DNA of 32,000 nt from Dubosiella newyorkensis. GTDB lineage: Bacteria > Bacillota_I > Bacilli_A > Erysipelotrichales > Erysipelotrichaceae. The stretch is taken from contig NZ_MPKA01000044.1 of the NCBI RefSeq assembly GCF_001945605.1, positions 60,001 to 92,000 on the forward strand. Direction: 5' to 3'. The translations under genes and the position numbers were made by a program. The notes under the pieces are model-generated. The model was not told where the DNA came from. It worked only from the letters and a program-made list of their open reading frames with translations, and made no database searches. This document shows, one piece after another, positions 17,160 through 24,686 of this stretch; positions within the stretch are counted from its first letter, which is position 1, and each line of letters begins with the position of its first letter.

Positions 17160-17785
17160 TCTGCCTTCAGAAAGAACGTCAGCTTCCTTCTCGATTTTTG
17201 TTGGAAGAGGACGTTTGCGTATGTCGAGAATGTCAAAAAAAATTTATTCTCCATAAAAAGTCGTATTTGATCGATCAGGTCTACTACCATGTGCTCTTTG
17301 AATACGATGAATGGGCCCAGCGACTGCTTTTTCAATATAAAGACCAACGAGATATTGTCTTAAGACGCGTCTTTTTATCGTCTCAAGAAAAACGGTTTTT
17401 CGAAAAAATGAAAAAGTATACGTTGGTTGGATTGTGTTCGAGCGAAAAGAAACGCCAAGAGAGAGGGTTTGAACCTCTTCTTGAAATTTTTTCAGAGTAC
17501 GCTCTTTTTGTGTTCTCGCCTTTTTATAAGCAAGAAGAGATCAAGCAATCTTCTCTATCAAAGCAAGAACGAGCAAGGATCCAAAAGATCCTTAAAATCA
17601 AGGAAGGATATTGGATGCCAAAAAAGAAAAGAATGCTCGTGGATGATGTTTTGACGACTGGAAATTCTGTGCAGGCGGCTCTTTCTCTTATTCCAATGAA
17701 GGAAGTGTTCGTTTTGTTCGCGCATCCATTATGGATCGAGTCGCATCAAAAGGATGTCAAGAAGCATGATTCATTTTTCATATAA
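17090..17785 (+). CDS. comFC: ComFC-type phosphoribosyltransferase-fold competence protein
   Basis: N-terminal zinc-finger cysteines (CLIC...CRECQ) and the C-terminal PRT motif MLVDDVLTTGNS. The ATG at 17090 is the only start that retains the first CxxC, which gives a 70-nt overlap with comFA. Confidence 0.8.
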   Translation: MSIQKKIDSFLRVNDSKDEPLCLICLQKERQLPSRFLLEEDVCVCRECQKKFILHKKSYLIDQVYYHVLFEYDEWAQRLLFQYKDQRDIVLRRVFLSSQEKRFFEKMKKYTLVGLCSSEKKRQERGFEPLLEIFSEYALFVFSPFYKQEEIKQSSLSKQERARIQKILKIKEGYWMPKKKRMLVDDVLTTGNSVQAALSLIPMKEVFVLFAHPLWIESHQKDVKKHDSFFI

Positions 17786-17788
17786 AAA

Positions 17789-17814
17789 AACAATAGATCT
17801 ATAGATCTATTGTT
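17789..17814 (-). terminator. Hairpin terminator of the tetR pair (possibly bidirectional with comFC)
   Basis: A perfect 12-bp stem, aacaatagatct-at-agatctattgtt, includes the TAG stop codon of the downstream tetR. On the minus strand it is followed by a T7 run. On the plus strand it begins 4 nt after the comFC stop codon but lacks a U-run. Confidence 0.7.
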
Positions 17815-18418
17815 CAAAGATGGAGGTTACAAACTTGCATTGTTCTTCGATCGTTTCATAATCTGGCTCGAATAAAACTTCCAAAGCGTGGATGACTTGT
17901 TCGACAACATCGTAATTTCCCATCAACATGCACCATTTGAGCGCATAGCCTAAGCCAAGGTTGCGGCCTGTTAAATACAGATCGGTCGGATCGGTCATAT
18001 TTCGGATCTGCCGAAGCTTTTGCGCGTTTCGGATCGCATTGATCGTAGAGTCGCGCGCAGGAGAATTGTAGCGCGCGGTGAGCGTATGTTGTCTAAAATT
18101 GACAGTCATATATTGACCATAGAGAGCAGGGCCCATCTTTACCGACTTGCGTAAAGTAAAAGTCAATCCGATCACGATCAAACGCCAATAATTCAGTTGA
18201 GGTTCAAGCTTGCGTAAAAGCTCATAAAGCTCATCGGCGGTTCCACGATAATGATAACGGAGCAAATCTTCTTTCGATGGGATATATTTATAAAAGGTCG
18301 GCTTTGTGATATGGCAGGCTTCGCAAATATCGATCACAGATACGTTGTCATATCCTCTTTCATAAAACAAAGTCAAAGATGTATTGATGATTTCTTCTTT
18401 ACGTTTTAAATTTTTCAT
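17807..18418 (-). CDS. TetR/AcrR-family transcriptional regulator (downstream paralogue)
   Basis: The start was set at the ATG at 18418 (MKNLKRKEEIINTSL...), which forms an ATGA overlap with the upstream tetR stop codon. The N-terminal HTH is VSVIDICEACHITKPTFYKYIPSKEDLL. Confidence 0.88.
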   Translation of the reverse strand: MKNLKRKEEIINTSLTLFYERGYDNVSVIDICEACHITKPTFYKYIPSKEDLLRYHYRGTADELYELLRKLEPQLNYWRLIVIGLTFTLRKSVKMGPALYGQYMTVNFRQHTLTARYNSPARDSTINAIRNAQKLRQIRNMTDPTDLYLTGRNLGLGYALKWCMLMGNYDVVEQVIHALEVLFEPDYETIEEQCKFVTSIFEQ

Positions 18419-19011
18419 TCCGGTTTCTCGCAATCTTCCAACAGAGCAGGATCTGTTTCATACAATTGGGCCAGTCCATTCACAAAGTGATCTCTCAAAG
18501 ATACGGTTGGATCATTATAAAAACACCAATAAGCGCCATAGCCAATGCTGAGGTGCGTACCTGTATCATATAGATCTTCTGCTTTTGAATGATTTAATAT
18601 TTGACCTGTCTCTTGGGCTTTTTGGATCAAATCGATCATCAGCGCTTTGAAAGAAGGAATATCGTTAAAAACTCCAGTATATAAATGAAGATTGGAAATA
18701 TAAACAGCAGTATAAAGATCGATACCCGTTTTTTCGGCATGATCGACAAAGAAACAATATCCTTGCACGATTTTTTCCCAAAAATTTGTAGAATCATCAT
18801 ATCTATACCAATCATCTGGAATTTTTGATGTGAGTGATTGAAAAAAATAACTCAATAAATCTTCTTTTGAATTGACATACTTATAAAAAGTTGGTTTAGT
18901 TATATCACATGCTTTACATATGTCATTCACTGATACTTGATCAAATCCTCTTTCTTCAAAAAGACTATAGGCACAATCTAAAATCAACTGTTCTAAATTC
19001 TTTCTTCTCAT
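18415..19011 (-). CDS. TetR/AcrR-family transcriptional regulator (upstream paralogue)
   Basis: 198-aa ORF with a GGAG RBS 8 nt upstream. Its HTH, VSVNDICKACDITKPTFYKYVNSKEDLL, is nearly identical to that of the downstream paralogue. Confidence 0.88.
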   Translation of the reverse strand: MRRKNLEQLILDCAYSLFEERGFDQVSVNDICKACDITKPTFYKYVNSKEDLLSYFFQSLTSKIPDDWYRYDDSTNFWEKIVQGYCFFVDHAEKTGIDLYTAVYISNLHLYTGVFNDIPSFKALMIDLIQKAQETGQILNHSKAEDLYDTGTHLSIGYGAYWCFYNDPTVSLRDHFVNGLAQLYETDPALLEDCEKPE

Positions 19012-19044
19012 AAGGTTTACTCCGGTAAAGTTTTATTTGTCTAA

Positions 19045-19053
19045 ATTATATCA
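19045..19053 (-). promoter_or_regulatory. Extended -10 promoter (TGaTATAAT on the minus strand) of the tetR pair
   Basis: The plus-strand sequence attatatca is tgatataat on the minus strand. It lies about 33 nt upstream of the tetR ATG. The -35 is poor. A 14-bp palindrome, TTTTTTATAAAAAA (19057-19070), sits in the spacer/-35 zone. Confidence 0.5.
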
Positions 19054-19140
19054 TATTTTTTTATAAAAAAGATAAAAATAGTAGACATTTTCAAAAAATA
19101 TAAAAAATTATCGAAATATTATGGGAAAAATTAGATTGTT

Positions 19141-19169
19141 TTGTATTTAAAATTACCTTTTGCTAATAT
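19141..19169 (+). promoter_or_regulatory. Candidate promoter of the coiled-coil membrane protein gene
   Basis: TTGTAT (19141-19146), a 17-nt spacer, then TAATAT (19164-19169) with a TGc extended -10. It is followed by an AGGGGGAA RBS and the ATG at 19195. Confidence 0.5.
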
Positions 19170-19194
19170 TAAGAAAGACTAGGGGGAATTCTAC

Positions 19195-20535
19195 ATGGCT
19201 AAAGATGCGAAAGACGAATTATCTGAACTTCTCGATTCCTTTCAAAACGACGACACGATGGAAAAGAAGATCGAGGATTTTGCGAGAAGGAAAGAAAAGA
19301 AGAGTCGACTCGATCGGAAACTAGAAGTCGATGAGGATATTCGGCTCCATATTCCAAATCAAACAGAAACCACAAAGATCAAATACGAAACGACAGAAGA
19401 AATAGAGCCTGAACCTAGCGGAAGCAAAACAATGGTCTTCGATAAGGGGCAAATCGATGAAGACATGAATTCAGGCCAGCATACAGTCATTATGGATAAT
19501 GACGAGATCCAGTCTTTGATCGACGAAAATAAAGGGCCGCAGCTCATTCGTGAGTCGGATGAAGACAACAAGAAAACGGTCACGCTAAAACGAAAACCAA
19601 GCGCTAAAAACAAAAAGATCATTGCGATCGTCGTTGCCGGAATCGTTGGACTCTGCTTGATCGGTGGTCTTGTTTATGGAATCATCAACTTTGTTCAAAA
19701 TTCCATTTTGGATTCCAAAGAACAAACGAGCGAACAGCAGCAAAAGTCATTTGACCAGCTGAAGAAATTTATTGATTCGCTCCAAGAAGATCCTCAAGGC
19801 TTGACGGCGTATGAATCCACCTTCAAAAAATTGAGCAACGCTCAAAAAAAGGAGATCAACGAACTTTTGAAAGCGAAGACAGGAAAAACATTTGATGAAT
19901 TGATCAAACAGATCAAATCGCAAAAAGAAGAAGATTCCAAAAACAACAACACACAAGTGGCTGAGCAAAAAGCGAAATTGAAAGACGAGATCGCGTCGCT
20001 GCAAAATCAGCTTCAGGATGCGCAAAACGAACTCGATTCCGTAAAATCGCAGCTTTCGCAAGCACAAAGCACGCTCAATGGAGCAATCTCGCAAAGAGAT
20101 AGCGCGCAGACGAATTTGACCAACGCGCAAGCTCGTTATGAGCAAAGCAAGCAGCAAAGCCAAGCGCAAAATCAAGCTAAAAAAACTGAATTAGAGAATC
20201 AAATTAGTCAACTGAAAGATGAAGCTAACGAACTCGCTAAAAACTATGACAGTCCGGATGATGAGGAACTGCAAGCAGCACTCAATGGGTACAACCAACA
20301 GATCGCCAATCTGCAACAGCAGATCAGCGCTTTAGGTAGCGCGGAAGGTGATCCAAACTTGTACAATCAAGTGCTTCAAGCGCAAAACGCGTACGATAGC
20401 GCCAATTTAGAGGTGAGCAACGCGCAAAATCAAGTCAATTCCTATGAGCAATCGGTGAATAACGCGCAAGCCACCCTCGATAGCATCAACGATCAGATCG
20501 CCCAAAAACAAAGTCAACTCAACGCATTGAAATAA
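19195..20535 (+). CDS. Single-pass membrane protein with an acidic cytoplasmic N-domain and a long Q/N/A-rich extracellular coiled coil; function unknown
   Basis: 446-aa ORF with a strong RBS. A Lys-rich stretch (KRKPSAKNKK) precedes the TM helix IIAIVVAGIVGLCLIGGLVYGIINFV (about aa 142-167). The C-terminal ~200 aa are low-complexity heptad-like sequence with a recurring (S/N)AQ motif. No enzymatic domain was recognised. Confidence 0.8.
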   Translation: MAKDAKDELSELLDSFQNDDTMEKKIEDFARRKEKKSRLDRKLEVDEDIRLHIPNQTETTKIKYETTEEIEPEPSGSKTMVFDKGQIDEDMNSGQHTVIMDNDEIQSLIDENKGPQLIRESDEDNKKTVTLKRKPSAKNKKIIAIVVAGIVGLCLIGGLVYGIINFVQNSILDSKEQTSEQQQKSFDQLKKFIDSLQEDPQGLTAYESTFKKLSNAQKKEINELLKAKTGKTFDELIKQIKSQKEEDSKNNNTQVAEQKAKLKDEIASLQNQLQDAQNELDSVKSQLSQAQSTLNGAISQRDSAQTNLTNAQARYEQSKQQSQAQNQAKKTELENQISQLKDEANELAKNYDSPDDEELQAALNGYNQQIANLQQQISALGSAEGDPNLYNQVLQAQNAYDSANLEVSNAQNQVNSYEQSVNNAQATLDSINDQIAQKQSQLNALK

Positions 20536-20539
20536 TAAG

Positions 20540-20574
20540 AACGGATATGGCCATGAGCGATATCCGTTTTTTTA
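20540..20574 (+). terminator. Rho-independent terminator
   Basis: A 9-bp stem, aacggatat (20540-20548) pairing with atatccgtt (20560-20568), followed by a T-run. The first ATGs of the next ORF in the track lie inside this hairpin. Confidence 0.8.
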
Positions 20575-20585
20575 GAAAGGACACT

Positions 20586-21074
20586 ATGAATAAAGAATAT
20601 GTAGAACACACTTTGCCTCCTCAAATCGATTCAGGAAGCAAGATCTTGATCTTAGGAACGATGCCTTCTCCTAAATCAAGAGAAACGGGCTTTTATTATG
20701 GACATCCGCAAAATCGGTTTTGGAGACTTCTTTCCGATCTTTTTTCAGAACCAAAGCCAGAAACGATCGAAGAAAAAAAGGCGTTCTTGAGCCGACATCA
20801 TATCGCATTATGGGATACGTTAAAATCGTGTTCGATCTATAAAGCAAGCGACGCGTCGATCCAAGATCCGATCCCAAACGATATAAAAAGTCTTGTGGAA
20901 GGCACGCAGATCCAGCACGTATTCGTAACAGGAAAACAAGCGGAAAAGTTTTATACAAAATATTGCGGAAAACCTCTTCCTTATACGTTGCTTCCTTCCC
21001 CTTCAAGTGCCAATCAAACAAAGAAATACGAAGCGATGCTTGATGAATATCGGGCCATTTTGTCCTATTTATGA
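20586..21074 (+). CDS. Uracil-DNA-glycosylase-superfamily protein, DNA-deoxyinosine (hypoxanthine) glycosylase-like
   Basis: The start was set at ATG 20586 (MNKEYVEH...), downstream of the terminator. Motifs ILILGTMPSPKS, YYGHPQNRFW and LPSPSSAN match the family-6 UDG / hypoxanthine-DNA glycosylase pattern as recalled. Confidence 0.7.
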   Translation: MNKEYVEHTLPPQIDSGSKILILGTMPSPKSRETGFYYGHPQNRFWRLLSDLFSEPKPETIEEKKAFLSRHHIALWDTLKSCSIYKASDASIQDPIPNDIKSLVEGTQIQHVFVTGKQAEKFYTKYCGKPLPYTLLPSPSSANQTKKYEAMLDEYRAILSYL

Positions 21075-21081
21075 AATTTAA

Positions 21082-21111
21082 TTGATTCATTGTTCAGAGT
21101 TTTGTTAGAAT
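21082..21111 (+). promoter_or_regulatory. Candidate promoter of the glmU-like/prs unit
   Basis: TTGATT (21082-21087), an 18-nt spacer, then TAGAAT (21106-21111) with a TGt extended -10. Confidence 0.45.
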
Positions 21112-21135
21112 AGGTGAGGAAAGTCAGGTGATGAC

Positions 21136-22089
21136 ATGCGCAATGCGATTATATTAGCTGCCGGCAAAGGAACACGAATGAAATCGGAACTCAACAAAGT
21201 CATGCATCCGATCATTGACCGCCCTATGTTGGCCTATATTATCGAAGCTTTAAAAGCCATCCATGTGGAAAGGATCATTGTTGTTGTAGGCTATCAAGCC
21301 GAAAGCATCATGGAAGCTTTTCCTGATGTTGAATTCGCCATTCAAGCCGAACAGCTTGGAAGCGGCCATGCGGTGATGCAGGCGACGATGCTCGAAGGCG
21401 AAGAAGGCGAGACATTGATCATCAATGGTGATGGGCCTTGCATCCAGCCTGAAACGCTGGAAAAGCTCTACGATATGAATAAAGAAGCGTCATTGACATT
21501 ATTGACTTCTATCCTAGAGGATGGAGCTCATTATGGTCGGATCGTCCGGAATGAAGAGGGCAACGTTTCTATGATCGTGGAAGCAAAAGACTGCACGCCT
21601 TCTCAAAAAGAGATCCGCGAGATCAACGCTGGAATGTATTGCTTCAAAAATAAAGATCTTTTTGAAGCGCTCAAGCTTTTGAACAACGATAATGTACAGC
21701 ACGAATACTATTTGACAGATCTTGCCTCGATCTTATCCAAGCAAGGAAAGAAGGTCCAAGGTCTTGTGATCGAGGATCGAGACGAAGTTATGGGAATCAA
21801 TGACTGTCTTGAGCTTTATGAAGCGTATCAATGGATGAAAGATCATATCAACATGCGCTGGATGAAAGAAGGAGTCCAGATCGTGGATCCAAAACGAACC
21901 GTGATCGGAAAAGATGTGAAGATTGGACATGATGTGATCATTGAACCTGGTGTTTCGATCTTGGGCAGCAGCGTGATCGATGACTATGCGCATATTCCGC
22001 CAAATTGTACGATCAGCGATTCGCATATTTCAAAAGAGATGGATCTAAATCCGTCTATGACGATCCAAAACGATACTACAATTGAATAA
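21136..22089 (+). CDS. glmU: GlmU-like nucleotidyltransferase (UDP-GlcNAc pyrophosphorylase domain) with a truncated left-handed beta-helix; no acetyltransferase half
   Basis: The N-terminus AIILAAGKGTRMKS...LNKVMHP, the motif QLGSGHAV and the motif YYLTD are typical of GlmU. The gene sits directly upstream of prs, as in the Bacillus gcaD-prs arrangement. The ORF is only 317 aa, whereas canonical GlmU is about 450-460 aa. It stops after roughly 60 aa of hexapeptide repeats. Confidence 0.75.
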   Translation: MRNAIILAAGKGTRMKSELNKVMHPIIDRPMLAYIIEALKAIHVERIIVVVGYQAESIMEAFPDVEFAIQAEQLGSGHAVMQATMLEGEEGETLIINGDGPCIQPETLEKLYDMNKEASLTLLTSILEDGAHYGRIVRNEEGNVSMIVEAKDCTPSQKEIREINAGMYCFKNKDLFEALKLLNNDNVQHEYYLTDLASILSKQGKKVQGLVIEDRDEVMGINDCLELYEAYQWMKDHINMRWMKEGVQIVDPKRTVIGKDVKIGHDVIIEPGVSILGSSVIDDYAHIPPNCTISDSHISKEMDLNPSMTIQNDTTIE

Positions 22090-22122
22090 ATTATGAATTC
22101 TCAGAAGGGACAACGAAAAGAA

Positions 22123-23088
22123 ATGATCAATAAAACAATTATTTTTGCTTTGAATTCGAGTAAAGAGCTTGCTCAACAAATTTGTGATGAACTTGGTGTC
22201 GAACTTGGAAAATGCGAAGTCAAGCATTTTTCAGATGGAGAGATCCTCGTTGAGCTTGGTGAATCGGTTCGTGGAAAAGATGTCTATTTCATTCAAAGCA
22301 CGAACAAACCCGTCAACGCGAATTTGATGGAACTTTTGATTGGGATCGATGCGTGCAAAAGAGCGAGTGCTGGTTCGATCAACGCGGTGATTCCATATTT
22401 TGGATATGCTCGTCAAGATCGTAAGGCAAAGCCTAGACAACCGATCTCTTCGAAGCTTGTCGCCTCTTTATTGGAGCGCGCAGGCGCCAACCGCGTGATC
22501 ACGATGGACCTTCACGCGACACAGATCCAAGGCTTTTTTGATATTCCCGCTGACGATATCACAACGCTTCCGTTGATTGGCCAGCATTTGAAGGAAGTCA
22601 CCAAAGGGGAAGATCTCGTTGTCGTTTCTCCAGACCATGGAGGTGTCGTTCGGGCTCGTCGTTTAGCAGAAATGCTGAATGCGCCGATCGCGATCATCGA
22701 TAAGCGTCGTCCAAAACCAAATGTAGCGGAAGCGATGAATTTAATCGGTGATGTGAGCGGAAAAACAGCGATCATCATCGACGATATGGTGGACACGGCC
22801 GGAACGTTGACATCTGGCATCAATATGCTCAAAGAAAAAGGAGCTCTTAAAGTATATGCGGCATGTTCGCACGGTATTTTATCTGGACCGGCTGTAGAAC
22901 GTCTGCAGAAGGCGAATTTGGAAGAATTTATCTGTACGAATACGATCGATCAAACTTTGAATCAAGAAAAATTCCCTGAAATGAAAGTTATTTCAGTCGC
23001 ACCGCTTATAGCGGCGACGATTGGAGCGATCGAAACGAATTCTTCTTTATCGAGCGCATTGCAAGGCGCTCTTGAAGAAGACAAATAG
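22123..23088 (+). CDS. prs: Ribose-phosphate pyrophosphokinase (PRPP synthetase)
   Basis: Motifs HFSDGEI, YARQDRK, DLHA.QIQGFF and the PRPP loop IIDDMVDTAGT are present. The start could be ATG 22123 (purine-rich stretch upstream) or ATG 22093 (no RBS). Confidence 0.93.
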   Translation: MINKTIIFALNSSKELAQQICDELGVELGKCEVKHFSDGEILVELGESVRGKDVYFIQSTNKPVNANLMELLIGIDACKRASAGSINAVIPYFGYARQDRKAKPRQPISSKLVASLLERAGANRVITMDLHATQIQGFFDIPADDITTLPLIGQHLKEVTKGEDLVVVSPDHGGVVRARRLAEMLNAPIAIIDKRRPKPNVAEAMNLIGDVSGKTAIIIDDMVDTAGTLTSGINMLKEKGALKVYAACSHGILSGPAVERLQKANLEEFICTNTIDQTLNQEKFPEMKVISVAPLIAATIGAIETNSSLSSALQGALEEDK

Positions 23089-23102
23089 ATCGTCTTTTAT
23101 TT

Positions 23103-23133
23103 AGACCGTTGAGAAATCAATGGTCTTTTTTTT
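23103..23133 (+). terminator. Rho-independent terminator of prs
   Basis: A 10-bp stem, agaccgttga pairing with tcaatggtct (one G-U pair), with loop gaaa, followed by T7. Confidence 0.85.
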
Positions 23134-23151
23134 ACAAACCAGAAAAAAAGT

Positions 23152-23481
23152 TCAATCTTGTGTTGAACTTTTTTGATTGGCGGCATACTGTTTGATCGAA
23201 AGGATGATCTTAGTTAATTCAGGATCGATGGTTGAATAGCAAGCGATCTCTTCTTGAATGCGGGAGCCTGTTTGACCTAAAAAGAGATAATTAAAATCGA
23301 TCGGCAAGATCGATGCCAATCGGACCCAGTTCTCTAAAGAAAAAGACTGGTTTCCGCGCTCAACTTCTCCATAATGTTTGGCGGTAATATCCATCATGGC
23401 GGCTATCTCTTCTTGGGTATACTTCATTTGTTCACGAATCTCTTTTAAACGACTTCCTATTTTTTTCTTAATGTCATTCAT
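23152..23481 (-). CDS. XRE-family helix-turn-helix transcriptional regulator
   Basis: 109-aa ORF with a GAGGAGA RBS. Its HTH_3-like segment is LKEIREQMKYTQEEIAAMMDITAKHYGEVERGNQSFSLENWVRLASIL. Confidence 0.88.
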   Translation of the reverse strand: MNDIKKKIGSRLKEIREQMKYTQEEIAAMMDITAKHYGEVERGNQSFSLENWVRLASILPIDFNYLFLGQTGSRIQEEIACYSTIDPELTKIILSIKQYAANQKSSTQD

Positions 23482-23535
23482 AATTTATTCTCCTCTCTGT
23501 ACACTATCTTGTTTTTTAGAAACCCTCAACCATGT

Positions 23536-23596
23536 AATAGGTATGAAAAAAAATAACCTATTAGGTATACTTAAAAAAAAGAAATGATAGGTATAT
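23536..23596. promoter_or_regulatory. Operator-like array: three TAGGTAT direct repeats and an AATAGGT/ACCTATT inverted repeat in the divergent intergenic region
   Basis: TAGGTAT occurs at 23538-23544, 23562-23568 and 23588-23594, with spacings of 24 and 26 bp. AATAGGT (23536-23542) is the reverse complement of ACCTATT (23556-23562). The array lies between the XRE gene and the divergent 115-aa ORF. Confidence 0.5.
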
Positions 23597-23600
23597 AAGT

Positions 23601-23948
23601 ATGATAGATAATTTATATGAAAAATTCAAAGAAAAATATCCGAAAATTACACAAAACGCGCGTATGCTACGTCCTGTCTTGCTTTTGATCGCAAAAGAGG
23701 ACGGAAAAGTTTCCATTTGTCCTAAAGATACGGATCAATTTTTAGCGCTGCTTTTCGCTGCGAGCATCAGTGGCTTGACAATATGCGTCGATGCAGAAGG
23801 ACCCATTATAGAAGAAGGAAATGAAGATGTTGAAATTCCTTTGCTCGTGGACCTGGATCGTCCGCTTTTAGAGATCGAACAACAAACGTATAGACAAAAA
23901 GAGCTTCTCGAAATGCCCCTCGAGAAGCTGAAAGCCTTATTCAAATAA
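23601..23948 (+). CDS. Hypothetical 115-aa protein (no recognisable family)
   Basis: The ORF opens at the first in-frame ATG after a TAG at 23562. It has no convincing Shine-Dalgarno sequence. A tatata element lies only about 4 nt upstream of the ATG. The 3' end overlaps tatD by 12 nt, convergently. Confidence 0.5.
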   Translation: MIDNLYEKFKEKYPKITQNARMLRPVLLLIAKEDGKVSICPKDTDQFLALLFAASISGLTICVDAEGPIIEEGNEDVEIPLLVDLDRPLLEIEQQTYRQKELLEMPLEKLKALFK

Positions 23949-24686
23949 GGATAAAAAGTTTTGCTCGATTTGCCGGCAGACGGACTCTAGATCGCTCTCT
24001 TTCAATTCAGCGATCTTTTTTTCTACAAATTCGACATAGGCTGGCTGGTTGCGTTTTCCTCGATAAGGAACAGGTGTCAAATAGGGAGAATCGGTTTCAG
24101 ACAAGATTCGATCGATTGGACACGCTTTGACGCACGCTGGAGCGTGTTTCGCGTTTTTAAAGGTGATCACGCCCGCAAAAGAAATGAGAGAATTCATTTT
24201 CAAGCATTCCTTCATCGTCTCTAGGCTCCCTGAAAAACAATGAAAGATGATTTTTGTTTTAGCGTATTGTTTAAGAATGGAAAGACAATCGTTCGTGGCC
24301 TCGCGCATATGGATCGAGATCGGCACCTTGTAGCGGTTGGCCAGCTCGATCTGTTTTATAAAGAGCTCCTTTTGAATTTCTTTAAAAGAATCATCCCAAT
24401 AGTAGTCGAGGCCAATTTCGCCAAGAACATCGATCAAACCTTCTTTTAAATTCATTTCGAGTTGCTCGAGATCTTGATGGCTGACTTCTTTGGCGTCTCC
24501 AGGAAAAAAGCCAAACGCGACTTTAAAGCGCGGATCTTGTTTCTTTATAAGCAATGCGCGTTGAAATTCGGTTTCATTCGTACACATGATCATGCAAGAA
24601 GAAAGAGAATGCATGTTCGCAAGGACTTCATCGAGCTGATCGTATAATTCATCACACGTTAAATGACAATGGCTATCGGTATACAT
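23937..24686 (-). CDS. tatD: TatD-family metal-dependent hydrolase/DNase
   Basis: The start is at the ATG at 24686 (MYTDSHCHL...), with GGAGGAAT 5 nt upstream. The ORF-track extension to 24749 lacks an RBS. The protein has the HxH motif and the motifs GEIGLDY and ETDSPYL. Confidence 0.9.
   Translation of the reverse strand: MYTDSHCHLTCDELYDQLDEVLANMHSLSSCMIMCTNETEFQRALLIKKQDPRFKVAFGFFPGDAKEVSHQDLEQLEMNLKEGLIDVLGEIGLDYYWDDSFKEIQKELFIKQIELANRYKVPISIHMREATNDCLSILKQYAKTKIIFHCFSGSLETMKECLKMNSLISFAGVITFKNAKHAPACVKACPIDRILSETDSPYLTPVPYRGKRNQPAYVEFVEKKIAELKESDLESVCRQIEQNFLSLFE

Noticed and set aside
19057-19070. The perfect palindrome TTTTTTATAAAAAA as the TetR operator.
   Set aside because: The sequence is pure A/T and low-complexity, in a region of about 20-27 % GC, so such a palindrome is expected by chance. 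It is mentioned only as context for the tetR promoter. No GC-containing dyad typical of TetR operators was found by eye.
23543-23587. A 14-codon ORF (MKKNNLLGILKKKK) inside the XRE intergenic region.
   Set aside because: It has no RBS, is Lys-rich because of A-runs, and overlaps the operator-like repeats. It is most likely non-coding.
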